From Octopus bimaculoides (lineage: Eukaryota): a DNA stretch of 59,601 bases. This document shows, piece after piece, positions 38,160-49,224 of this stretch. Within the stretch, counting starts at the first letter, position 1. Each line of letters begins with the position of its first letter. Below the pieces are notes generated by a model, which was not told where the DNA came from, searched no databases, and was given only the letters and a program-made list of their open reading frames with translations. The translations under genes and the position numbers were made by a program. The stretch spans positions 127,335,960 to 127,395,560 of the forward strand of contig NC_068983.1 of assembly GCF_001194135.2 (NCBI RefSeq), written 5' to 3'.

Positions 38160-38445
38160 TATAATCCAGTGACAAGCGAGAGTAAGATGACTAGTACTAA
38201 GTTGACTGCAGGTTTTATATCAGAGTATCCTCTCCTAGGCTTTTCCTCAAAAGAAGACTGCAAGCCAGCAGTGGTAGGTCAATTTGAATTCGGAGTTTTA
38301 TTCTCCTATACTGGTTGTCCTAACCACGACCTCATAAAAAAAGAACCCTGCCTGCTCCCACAGAAGTCATGGACCTGGTTTTATGTCGGAGTGTCCTTCT
38401 CCTAGAACAGTTGCCTTCACTTGGCTAATGGGCGTTATCAACCCC
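38160..38445 (-). mobile_element. RTE-type 5'UTR-like segment with three copies of a CTAGGAGA(A)GGA.ACTC.GA motif
   Basis: Minus strand: GGCAACTGTTCTAGGAGAAGGACACTCCGACATAAAACC; GGACAACCAGTATAGGAGAATAAAACTCCGAATTCAAA; GCCTAGGAGAGGATACTCTGATATAAAACC. Lies upstream of, and in the same sense as, the RTE ORF. Family assignment is from memory. Confidence 0.5.
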
Positions 38446-38666
38446 ACATACATAAAAAAAACAGAATATAAGAAGTACATAGAAAATACATAGAGATGTC
38501 AATATAAAAGATGTAGATATGAAAGGAGAAAAGTAAATGCAATGGAGATACGTATAAAATATTAAAAAAATATATATAAAAAACGATGTGTAAAAAACAC
38601 ATAAACACGATGTCTAAAACACATAAAGATACATAAAAAGTAAATATAAAAATATATAAAAATTAA

Positions 38667-38703
<37 letters not shown>

Positions 38704-39633
38704 AAATGCATATAAAAATATACACACACACAGCACAGCACAACAACACGCGCACACAGAATTTAAACACACACACAGAAACAAAAAGTGTTGGGAGGAC
38801 GTTACTACACAGTAGTTCTTACGTCCTTTTGACGAGTCTTATTTTTCATCCCGCAGGATGCCAACAGTCACCCTCCTCACCAAGCGAGCTTGGTGGGGTT
38901 GCCAGTTTAGTCGCCGACGACCCGACCATGAGACAGGTTGTAGTGGATTTCATGTTACCAGTAAAGCTCAGGAATACTTATAAGAGCGACCTGACATGCG
39001 TGTGTGTATACACATATATTCATGTATGTATGTGTGTATGCATACATGTACGTATGTATTATGTATGCGAGTACAAACTATTTTGGTGATCCCTTTATAT
39101 TGCTTGCATTATTTGGCCATTCACTGAAGAATGTAAAACTATTGCTCCAAGGTCTACACCGACCCAGGGTAGTAGCCCCTATCAGGGTTCCAGTCATAAG
39201 TTAAGTAGCATGTGTCAGTATTGCCTATTACCTTACGTCACTTGCAGAAACCCGAACGGATTAAGGACAGATGAGGTCCTCAATTTTTGGATGTTCCTCG
39301 AAGAGAATGTAACTCATTAGGCAGCCTGCATCCCGATAACTCCTGCGCTCATTGACATTTGTATCACGAGACTAATAGACCCTTCAAGGACAACGGAATG
39401 GGACTGACTCGGTAAAAACTATATCCAATATAATAATTTTCGCCGAGCAGATACTTTTGTAAAGTCTAATGCTTTGCTTGGCAAAGCGACAAGAGTCACG
39501 AAACACATATATATATACACACGCAAAGACAAACACAAACATAAACATAATTTGATATATGTCTGTGTGTCTATATGTACGTATGTTGGTAGGTATTGAT
39601 AGATGTAAAGGTAAAAAGGAATATAGAGATGTA

Positions 39634-40065
39634 TGAGGGCTGTTTGAAAAGTTGATAAACAGATCAAGATACATTCATCAAATGCAACTCAATGAATTTT
39701 ATTTTTTAAGTATATCTCCATTGTGATCCACAATTATCTTCCAACGGTGTTGCAGTACTGGGATCCCATTGGTGACGATGCTTTCATCCTGTTGGTTAAC
39801 AATAATCTTCAATAGCAGTATGTTGTCATCCCTGCGATACTGGTCACCAGCCTAGCGTTTGCTTCTTTTTTGTTTTGTTGCGGGAACAGATGATAGACGG
39901 ATGGGGCCAAATCAAGAGAAAAGTGAGAGTGATCAAACAATTCAATCTACAGTCACACACAGCAGACATTGAAAACAAGGACTTGTATGCTGGAGCGTTA
40001 TACTGATGAAACAAAGCCACTTTGTTCAGTCTTACTCGGTATGGAGTAGTACTCTCCATTGAGGG
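39634..40065 (-). mobile_element. Mariner 3' fragment (catalytic region plus TIR)
   Basis: VALFHQYNAPAYKS (HQDNAPAH motif), frameshifted SPDLAPS region; terminus TA|TGAGGGCTGTTTGAAAAGTT. Confidence 0.7.
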
Positions 40066-40744
40066 TGTGGCACATTTCGACTGCCAACCAAATACGAGTA
40101 ATTGTGTTTAGTCGGTAGAAAAAGATGAAATCTCTATTTGAGTGTACGTCTTTCTGTTGGTTTCTTTACGTCTCTGTAACCTAGCGGTTTGGAACATATA
40201 GACCGGTAGACTTACAGCAAAATATGAACAATTTAAAAAAAACGAAAAAACTGGGATCAATTTATTTCATTAAACATTTTAATGCGGTGCTAGGGATAAC
40301 AGACTGAAATAAATAAACATTAAAGTATGAAATATGTTGAATACATACTGCTGTATTTCAGGGACGGAGAGACAATTAAATTAACCTCCGTTTGACACGA
40401 ATGAAATAATTCCACCGATTAGAACCTACACGCCGGCAGAAATACAGCAACGCAAATTGTCGAAGGTTTTTTCAATCAAAAATGTGTGCTTCAGTCACAC
40501 AATTGAGGATTTAATCCAAAACGTGTGTGTATGAAATGTACGGTCTCAAAAATAAAATATAATTTTCTCATTTGCCGGCAATGGCAACATGTTTAGGGCA
40601 CACTGTTAAAGTGTGTAGATAGTATGACGTACACAATTACCCCGCTAGACAACAGGGCCAATTTTTAACACGACAAGGCTAACGGCCGCTCCCAAAACTT
40701 CAAAATGTTGTTGTTACCATTATTATTGTTCAAATCACTGTTTG

Positions 40745-40805
40745 AAGTCGAATTCGGAATTTTGGGTTTAGAAGGTCGGGCACTTAACCGCTACGCCATA
40801 TGCAT
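40745..40805 (-). mobile_element. tRNA-derived SINE head fragment
   Basis: Reverse complement GGCGTAGCGGTTAAGTGCCCGACC...TTCCGAATTCGAC has A- and B-box-like motifs. Confidence 0.4.
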
Positions 40806-40824
40806 GTTGGTAATTGTTGAGTGA

Positions 40825-41640
40825 AATTAGGGCTTATAAATCTAATATTTTTCTATCCTTTGTTAATACCGGTTCTCATATGCTGCTCATATCCGCACTC
40901 GGTCTGCTTAGGAGGCTGTTGTGTCTTAGCATATGTGCTGCTTCTTTTAGTTTTCGTATTTACCAGTGGTGATCTCTGTCTATTATTTCAACTTCATCCC
41001 ACAGGGGGAGGTGGTCTCCAGTTTTCCATACATGATCAGCTATACCCGATTTATCAATATCTCCTCGTGTCACAGGTTTGTGATGTTCGTCTACCCTTAT
41101 TTTGAGAGGGCGACATGTTTCGCCTTTGTATAACCAACCACAGCTGCACGGGATGGAGTACACGCAGTCTTTGGTTATATTCTCTTCTACTGGTGGTTTT
41201 ACACAAAGGAGATATTTGCGAATTGTTGTATTACTCTTGAATACTGTTCTGATATCATATGGGCCGCATATCTTTTGTACCTTTTCGGAGAAGCCTTTCA
41301 CATAGGGTAGACAGATTGTGGACAGTTTTTTGGTCTCATCCTCTCTCTTCTTCATAACTGGAATGGATAGTATACTTTTGGCGTAGTTGTTGGTTAAGAG
41401 ATCGTTATTGAGCTAGATCATTTCTTCGTGGTGTGTACCACGATCGCTACTTATATACTTTGCACGATGTTTTAGGCACTGAGTAATCCCTCTCTTTACA
41501 CTGTATGGATAGTGGGAATTGAAGCTGAGCTATCGTCCAGTAAAAGTCGGCTTGCGGTATAGGGATGTCTTGAATCCATACTTGGTGCGTGTTATTAATA
41601 CATCCAGGAATGCCAACTGATTGTCATTTTCTGTACCATT
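40825..41640 (-). mobile_element. Penelope-like element: RT C-terminus plus GIY-YIG endonuclease, disabled
   Basis: NDNQLAFLDVLITR...LYRKPTFTG; LPYVKGFSEK; VYSIPCSCGWLYKGETCRPLKIRVDEH; KSGIADHVW; RKLKEAAHM. Confidence 0.9.
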
Positions 41641-42662
41641 GTGAACTGTATGAATGTCTTTATTGAGTTCACATCATCTAACATTGTTCACATTGTTACA
41701 TCATGTGAACTCGATAAAGCCATCAAACTACAAAAGAACATAGCCTTTTTTCTCCCGATATTAATGCAGTGTACGCAGATAGCACGACACAACTTCGTGA
41801 ATAGATCTGCTCTTGTTTGTTCAGAAATGTACTTTTGTATATAGATACTTAACAAATACTTCCGTAGTGCAGATTCTAGGAGAGGTGACTAAAATATGAA
41901 TGTCTAACAAAGATGTCTATGTGTCAGTTCGACTCTATGGATGATATGAATATGTTTAAGTATATATTGTGTCCATTATGCTTGAGGTGTATGAGGTCAT
42001 CTGATGAGAACTGCTTTCTTTATATTGATGTAAAGCTTTCATTCATCAATTTAAGGAGTCGCTCGGAATGGCCCGGGTGAAATGAGATTTGTACATCTTA
42101 ATTACTCATTTGTATATATATATGTATATATATATATATATNNNNNNNNNNNNNNNNNNNNNNNNNNNNNNNNNNNNNNNNNNNNNNNNNNNNNNNNNNN
42201 NNNNNNNNNNNNNNNNNNNNNNNNNNNNNNNNNNNNNNNNNNNNNNNNNNNNNNNNNNNNNNNNNNNNNNNNNNNNNNNNNNNNNNNNNNNNNNNNNNNN
42301 NNNNNNNNNNNNNNNNNNNNNNNNNNNNNNNNNNNNNNNNNNNNNNNNNNNNNNNNNNNNNNNNNNNNNNNNNNNNNNNNNNNNNNNNNNNNNNNNNNNN
42401 NNNNNNNNNNNNNNNNNNNNNNNNNNNNNNNNNNNNNNNNNNNNNNNNNNNNNNNNNNNNNNNNNNNNNNNNNNNNNNNNNNNNNNNNNNNNNNNNNNNN
42501 NNNNNNNNNNNNNNNNNNNNNNNNNNNNNNNNNNNNNNNNNNNNNNNNNNNNNNNNNNNNNNNNNNNNNNNNNNNNNNNNNNNNNNNNNNNNNNNNNNNN
42601 NNNNNNNNNNNNNNNNNNNNNNNNNNNNNNNNNNNNNNNNNNNNNNNNNNNNNNNNNNNNNN

Positions 42663-42717
<55 letters not shown>

Positions 42718-42873
42718 CATATATACTACTATACTCTCTAGTCTGACCTACTATACTGTGAAGTCAACAAAATCAAATACAATGAGCATGCTCGTACTTT
42801 AAATTATAAAATATAAAATTGTGACAATTAACTAATCGCACCCTGTATGTGCACGTGCGTGTGTGTGCGTGTA

Positions 42874-43759
42874 TCGGAGGAGGTACCCAAAGTCGCCGGA
42901 AAAATTCTCTGTGCCACAAGCCCATTATAGCGCAGTCCTCCGCCACCAGAAGCCACTGGATGCTAAACCCAGGTCTCAGTCTGCAGACCGGGGTCTTCCT
43001 TTGGGTTCATTCTGCCACGTGGTGCATCTTTGCTTTGCAATGCTTCTCCCCTATTACTCTGATGGCCGAAACAAAGGAACAACATGCTGCCTTGAATTTC
43101 TGTTTTCTGCTGAGAAAAACGCCAGCTGGAACAGTTACCGTGCTTCAAACAGCTTATAAAGCCGCTGCCATGAGCAAAACTCATGATTACGAGTGGTTTT
43201 CACGCTATGGAATGGTCACTTGTCGCTTGTAGACCAACCTCGTTCAGTGTGTTCGTCGATCTTCCGAATGAATCAAAACTTACAATTGTACACCGTGAAA
43301 ATTCATGAACTGTTCTTGGAGCACCTTCACCGAACATTTGACGAAAGTGTTGGTATGATTGGAGCGTTCTCGAGCAGCTGTCAACGGATTTCCATCTAGG
43401 AATTACGAATGAAAAGAGCTGCAGTAAAATGTGTGCCTCGCTTGCTCACAGAATATCGAAATCAGTCACAGCAGATTGAGTGTTGTGAACTAACAAAACA
43501 GATGGAATTTGATCGGGGCCTTTCTTTGAAAGTCATCACTGTTGACGAAAGGTGGTGTAATGTAACGTGAAGATGGGAAAGAAGTGAAGAAAAAAATGAA
43601 GGAGCATCTAAAAGGCGTCACATAGCAAGAGTTCTAGGATTGCTTAGAACAATGAAAAATGCGTCTGGACCGATGCATTCCTTCAAATGGAGAATATTTT
43701 GAAGGCGATGCAAGTGTAAATATGCAGAAATATTCCGGTGTCTTTGGGGTACAGCTACT

Positions 43760-43760
<1 letters not shown>
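42874..43760 (+). mobile_element. Internally deleted mariner transposon
   Basis: EQHAALNFCFLLRKTPAGT..AYKAAAMSKTHDYEWFSR (HTH); KCVPRLLT...VITVDERW (first catalytic Asp); RCIPSNGEYFEG; TIR pair GTACCCAAAGTCGCCGGAA / TTCCGGTGTCTTTGGGGTAC. Confidence 0.85.
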
Positions 43761-43790
<30 letters not shown>

Positions 43791-43849
43791 ATATGTATGT
43801 ATGTATGTATGTATATATAACTTAAATTTACAGAAAAACAAAAGACGAA

Positions 43850-43960
43850 GGACAGGTGTATAAACATATAAACAACAAACAGGTGTATTAGTTTAACATT
43901 CAGAAAGGTGAAAGTTTCTATTACGTTTCGAGCCTACGCTCTTCAACAGAAAGTAACATA
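43850..43960 (-). mobile_element. Penelope-type terminal repeat with hammerhead-like motif, copy B
   Basis: Homologous to 17380-17500. Confidence 0.6.
43918..43953 (-). ncRNA. Candidate minimal type I hammerhead ribozyme (core variant CUGUUGA)
   Basis: Minus strand CTTT-CTGTTGA-A-GAGC-GTAG-GCTC-GAA-ACGT-A-ATAG: stem I 3 of 4 pairs, perfect 4-bp stem II, GAAA, palindromic ACGT in place of stem III, GUA cleavage triplet. Confidence 0.55.
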
Positions 43961-44746
43961 TCTGCGTACATCTGTTTGAATTTAATGCCAGTTAATATAT
44001 CAGTGTTGAGTATCAAAGCATTTTTTAGAAACGAATTCTTATGAGGAAGGTAAAGATTATAGGCGAATGTGGTCTTGTTAGTAAAACATCCATTTCGAAA
44101 GATTGATGCGGGTGAAACCTTTCGACTCGACTCTCATGGTAATTCCATAAACAACCCAATTGATCATGCATACTATCTATATTCCTTGTACCAACTAAAT
44201 GGAATGAAATAATTTGGAGCAGAAAAAATGTTTTCTATATAAGTACTTTAATGAAAATTCCCATGTATTAGTAAATATTAAAATGATTGCGTGTATTGTA
44301 ATTTTGCACCACTCATCGGTTTCCGTTTTGAAATACGGAGTACGGTTTTTTCTTTACGTTTAACTAGGTCAAATTATACAATTTGCGCAATTGTTTTATG
44401 TTACAAAACAATGGTTCTACAGAATTATATTGGAATCAAACATTCAAAAATGATAAATACGAGTTCATTTCAATAATCCTCTTATTTGAGGAAGCAACAC
44501 AGTAGTTAGTTTTCTTTAAAAATAAAAATAAAAACAAAAAAAAAAACGAACAAAAACCTCGTTCAGTGCAAATTATGAAACTTTAATGTGTGTCCCAATT
44601 CTATTCTTAGGCAGTTATTATTCACATTAATAATATAACTTATTGTTCTTTTAAATATGGAAAACGTATTTATTACTTGCATTTCCGTTTAAGAATATCT
44701 TGACTTCCATACAATTGTAGCTATATCTCTTTCTCTCAGGGTGATA

Positions 44747-45855
44747 CAAGGGTCGATTGAAAAGTTCGTGGGCTGACCGAGTTACGCTGATGGAATTTGA
44801 CAAAAGGAGACCAGCAAAATTATTACATCGGAGTTTCAGTTCTTGTTTCCCATTGGTGAAGAAGCTTTTACCATATTAGTAGCAAAACGTAATCAAGAGC
44901 AGATATGACGTCCACGATGCTGCGAGACAAGTTCCAAATGAAGCGAAATCAGAAAAATTGGGAAGAGGATCAACCAGTTCAAGCCAGTTAAAACCAATGA
45001 CACGTACGCTGGAACATTGCGCTGTTGAAACTAGACCACTATCGTCAGTTTTCCTCGACGCTTGATCTTGATAGTATTTCGTAACTACTTCAACAAGAAG
45101 GCATTGTACTCTTCATCGAGACTGTGGCCCTTTTGAACATAATAAATTAACACCATGCATTCAGCATTAAAACGTATTTGAGGGCATCACATTCCTTGCA
45201 CGTGAATTGATCTTGGCTCTCTTTAAAACACGCGAGGAGGGTTATTTATACTGCGTGTGTTGCCTCTTTGTTAATGGCTCAAATTTATGAACCCAATACT
45301 CATCCTGGTTTAGGAAACGGGCTGGAACTGAGTCAAACAATGTCAAATATTCCCCCGATGTTGTCAGCTTGTGCACTTTTGATCAGGTTTCAAAAGATGC
45401 AGCAGTCACCGAAGAGAAACCTTCGTCACGTGACTTTCATTGTGCAGAATACTCAAAGTTCTCTCATGGAATATGCGAATAACATTGCATATTTAATTTT
45501 TAGTCAGTCAGCTGTCCTACATCAACATCCGCTTAAACGATCAATGTTTTCCTATGTGGTGACATTAAGAAAACATTCATAGTCTGGACATTGATCAAAA
45601 CTTTCCGTCCTCCTTCTAATATCAATTGTCCACTTTTGCACTGTTGATAATACTGGAACTTCATACCCTGACGTAGCTACTATGTCATCATGAATATCCT
45701 TGGAGGCTAAACCTGTCTCCTGCAGGAAACCTGTTTCCTGCAGGAATCTTGTTACCTGCACGACGATGCCAAATTTTATCCATTTTAGAAATAAATCACT
45801 AGCATTTATTTTACAAGTCCTCTTTGAACAGCCAGATGTCAGTTTACCTGGCAAA
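44747..45855 (-). mobile_element. Decayed mariner transposon
   Basis: KWIKFGIVVQVTRFL..GLASKDIHDDIVATSGYEVPVLSTVQKW (HTH); ENIDR; catalytic-region relic near 44950-45040; terminus TA|CAAGGGTCGATTGAAAAGTTCGTGGGCTGACC. Confidence 0.75.
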
Positions 45856-46103
45856 AAATCATGACGTTTTTATAAGGTGCTCACGACCATCCACATATCT
45901 ACGCACACACATGTAACAGGATTAAAGGGAGAGACTCTTGAAATTGACCATGCAAAAATTCCTGGTTGATACGATGAATATACATCACCTATCGTCATCA
46001 AATATCAAAAAATCCTAGAACAGAAGACGTTTAACGTTTGCCGAGCGAATGCAAAAGATGTTTCAAGGACGGGTCCCCAAATGAAGGCATCTATTGTGTA
46101 GAG

Positions 46104-46355
46104 TGCTGGTCTCAACTATTTTTAATCTATGGACCCCTTTGATTCCTAGTTTATTTGGATGGAACCCCACTAGCTGTTCGGCGTTTAAAGAATTATATAT
46201 CTTTTGTAATTAAATACTATTCGGAAGCGTAAAACAAAAATTCTTAAAATATTCAATGAATTGTAAAAGTATGAGAAATTTATTGCGGACAAATTTTCAA
46301 GAAACTCTTCTCTGGCCCCATAACGGCTATGTGGACCACGGTTATGAAACACGGG
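46104..46355. mobile_element. Probable hAT (Charlie-like) MITE, decayed
   Basis: Ends GTGCTGGTCTCAAC... and ...GGACCACGGTTATGAAACACGG; flanks GTGTAGAG / GTCTATAT resemble NTCTAGAN targets. Confidence 0.45.
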
Positions 46356-46632
46356 TCTATATATTTGCAAAATGTCTATCTTCTTAAACTTGTATACAGA
46401 AAAATCACACACACAGGCGTATTCAAATGTCAATGTAATGATATATATCCTCTAATAACAGTTGTATTCACTTCCATGCAACTTAGGTTATTGTATGACG
46501 AGCCTTCGAAATTTCAAGTTGCATGGATCTCAACAAAGCTGTTCTTAGTTAATAATGTATGTATCTCCTACCAAATGTGTTGAGGAGCTCCGTACTTCGT
46601 TTTTCAATCAGGCCTAACTCACACATACACAC

Positions 46633-46666
<34 letters not shown>

Positions 46667-47399
46667 NNNNNNNNNNNNNNNNNNNNNNNNNNNNNNNNNN
46701 NNNNNNNNNNNNNNNNNNNNNNNNNNNNNNNNNNNNNNNNNNNNNNNNNNNNNNNNNNNNNNNNNNNNNNNNNNNNNNNNNNNNNNNNNNNNNNNNNNNN
46801 NNNNNNNNNNNNNNNNNNNNNNNNNNNNNNNNNNNNNNNNNNNNNNNNNNNNNNNNNNNNNNNNNNNNNNNNNNNNNNNNNNNNNNNNNNNNNNNNNNNN
46901 NNNNNNNNNNNNNNNNNNNNNNNNNNNNNNNNNNNNNNNNNNNNNNNNNNNNNNNNNNNNNNNNNNNNNNNNNNNNNNNNNNNNNNNNNNNNNNNNNNNN
47001 NNNNNNNNNNNNNNNNNNNNNNNNNNNNNNNNNNNNNNATATTAATTAATATCGATTAATCATCAGGAGGCCAGCACATCTAAAGAATCAAAGAGATTCA
47101 GAAATAATATCTGCAATCTCAGGGGATTAAGGTACATTTTTAAAAATAACGTTGACCACTAACGTGGACAATTGATGTGCTAGAAATAGATCACATCTTG
47201 TGTCTATTAAGACCTAATTGCTCTCAACATGAAATATAGCAGCATACCAAAACGTAAGCGGGCAAGACATCTAAAATCACCTAAAAAAAACATTATTAAA
47301 CAGGTACCGGTTTCGGATTTAACACATCTTACCGATTGTCCATTCCTCTTCAGCCTGATTTGTAATGTAACCGGAATCATCAGAATCGTATACAAAGTT

Positions 47400-47760
47400 G
47401 CCCAACGCCATGGGTGCGCGTGTATGGCGACCAAAGCCGTGTGAGTAGATTTGGTAGACGGAAACTGAAAGAAGCCCATCGTATATATGTATATGTGTCT
47501 GTGTGAGGTGTATGTGTGTGTGTGTGTGTTTGTGTGTGTGTTTGTGTGTGTGTGTGTTTGTCTCCCAACATCGCTTGAGAACCGATGTTGGTGTGTTTAA
47601 ATCCCCGTCACTTCGCAGTTCAGCAAGAGTAACCGAGAGAATAAGTACTAGGCTTACAAATAATAAGCCCTGTGGTCGATTTGCTCAACTAAAGGCGGTG
47701 CTCCAGCATGGCCACAAACAAATGTCTGAAACAAATAAAAATAAAAGAATAAAAGAATTT
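47400..47760 (+). mobile_element. SINE with internal (TA)/(TG) tract, body and tail contiguous
   Basis: GATTTGGTAGACGGAAACTGAAAGAAGCCCATCG-(TA/TG)-GTTTGTCTCCCAACATCGCTTG...AAGGCGGTGCTCCAGCATGGCCAC...AAAAGAATAAAAGAA. Confidence 0.9.
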
Positions 47761-49224
47761 CAGGAGAACCTTAATTCATGTTATTTTCCCATTATGCAGC
47801 TGTTCAGCTGTGTAACATTGCAAGCAAGCAAGATTGAAATTCATTTTCAATATATTATATATATATTTGTGTGTGTTTTTAAGTCTGTATATGCACATAC
47901 TCAAACTCGCACAAGCTCAAATACACACACAAACGCACACATACACACTTTGACAAGTATATANNNNNNNNNNNNNNNNNNNNNNNNNNNNNNNNNNNNN
48001 NNNNNNNNNNNNNNNNNNNNNNNNNNNNNNNNNNNNATATATATATATATATATATATATAACGTTTATGTAATTTCGCGGGTGTGTGCGGTTGTGACTC
48101 TATGTGTGTATATGTCATTGTTTTAACGAAAGATACACATAAATAAAGTACTTTTCATATTTTCGCCATTCTAAAACTGTGGCATCCCACCGTAGCCGTG
48201 GCGAAATGATTGAAACCAGCCATTGAATTATATAATATATATTCAAGAATAATTTTCTCATTGAAACATTCCATTTATGGCATAAACTGAACCAAAACCA
48301 AGCAAACAGTAAATATTTATTCGAACACGTTCATAGTAAGAGTCACCTGCTAAACCTGTTGCTGCAGGAATGTAAATTGACTCAGTTTCAAACTCGACCA
48401 AACGCTTTCAATAATATAGCTAATGATTTTCTTTTTATTTTTTGTACCCTCCATTATAATTTTGATGTAATTTGTTTGTGTAAGATTAGAGTCTTTTATT
48501 CTCAGATCTTTGGTATTAGTACTTACAGTGAACATCCAATAGCTGGTTCGTTTCCTATTAGTTTCTCTTTTCATCTTTTTCCTGTTACAATATTTTAATA
48601 ACCTACTTAGTAATATTATGAACGTTCTGACCAAGTAACAGCATGGACTAACGCTTACAAATGAAAATGATAGGTTGTTTACTTTCTGTTGATAACATTA
48701 ATCACTGTTATGATATAATGTGCAAAAGATTATCCGATGTCTATTTTTCTAGATCAGAGGATTAGATATACTTCAGTATATCTAAGAAGATAAAGAATAA
48801 TTAGGACAGTACACTAATCGACTGAAGTCAATTTTAGACCCTGTGTTGCTGTAATAGACATTAGAATTACCAATTATTTAGTATTGATATACGTATGGCT
48901 TTGAAAATCTAGCCATTTTCACTCGTTGCAGAAGATATATCGTAAAATAGGTGTAAACTCCGTAAAAACTAACGCCTTTCACTATATTTCATTCTATTTC
49001 TAACAATTTTGAATTACTTGGGCACAATTGATCATTATACTGATTACTCTTTTCTCCCATTATACATATAATTGTAAATACTTACAGTACTTTGTCTCTC
49101 AGATCAAGTATATTAATTGCGACTTCAGTATCTGGGTTCGGGGAGAGATGTTATAAATCTTATTTTCAAGAATTTGATCGTTCTGAACACTTTTCTATAA
49201 TTTGTTTATAATTTGGTGATTTGA

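Noticed and set aside
38855-38920. HDV-like or twister ribozyme fold (CCCTCCTCAC... / ...GAGGAGGGT)
   Set aside because: I could not build P3/P1.1 (HDV-like) or P2/T1/T2 (twister) pairings by hand; kept only as a structured-island finding
41995-42050. CTGATGA near the Penelope element
   Set aside because: Not followed by a stem II and GAAA in the correct arrangement, and on the strand opposite to the PLE
42082-42802. ORFs over 200 aa here, and similar ones at 37214-38066, 46559-47059 and 34720-35171
   Set aside because: Open only because they run through N gaps and (TA)n
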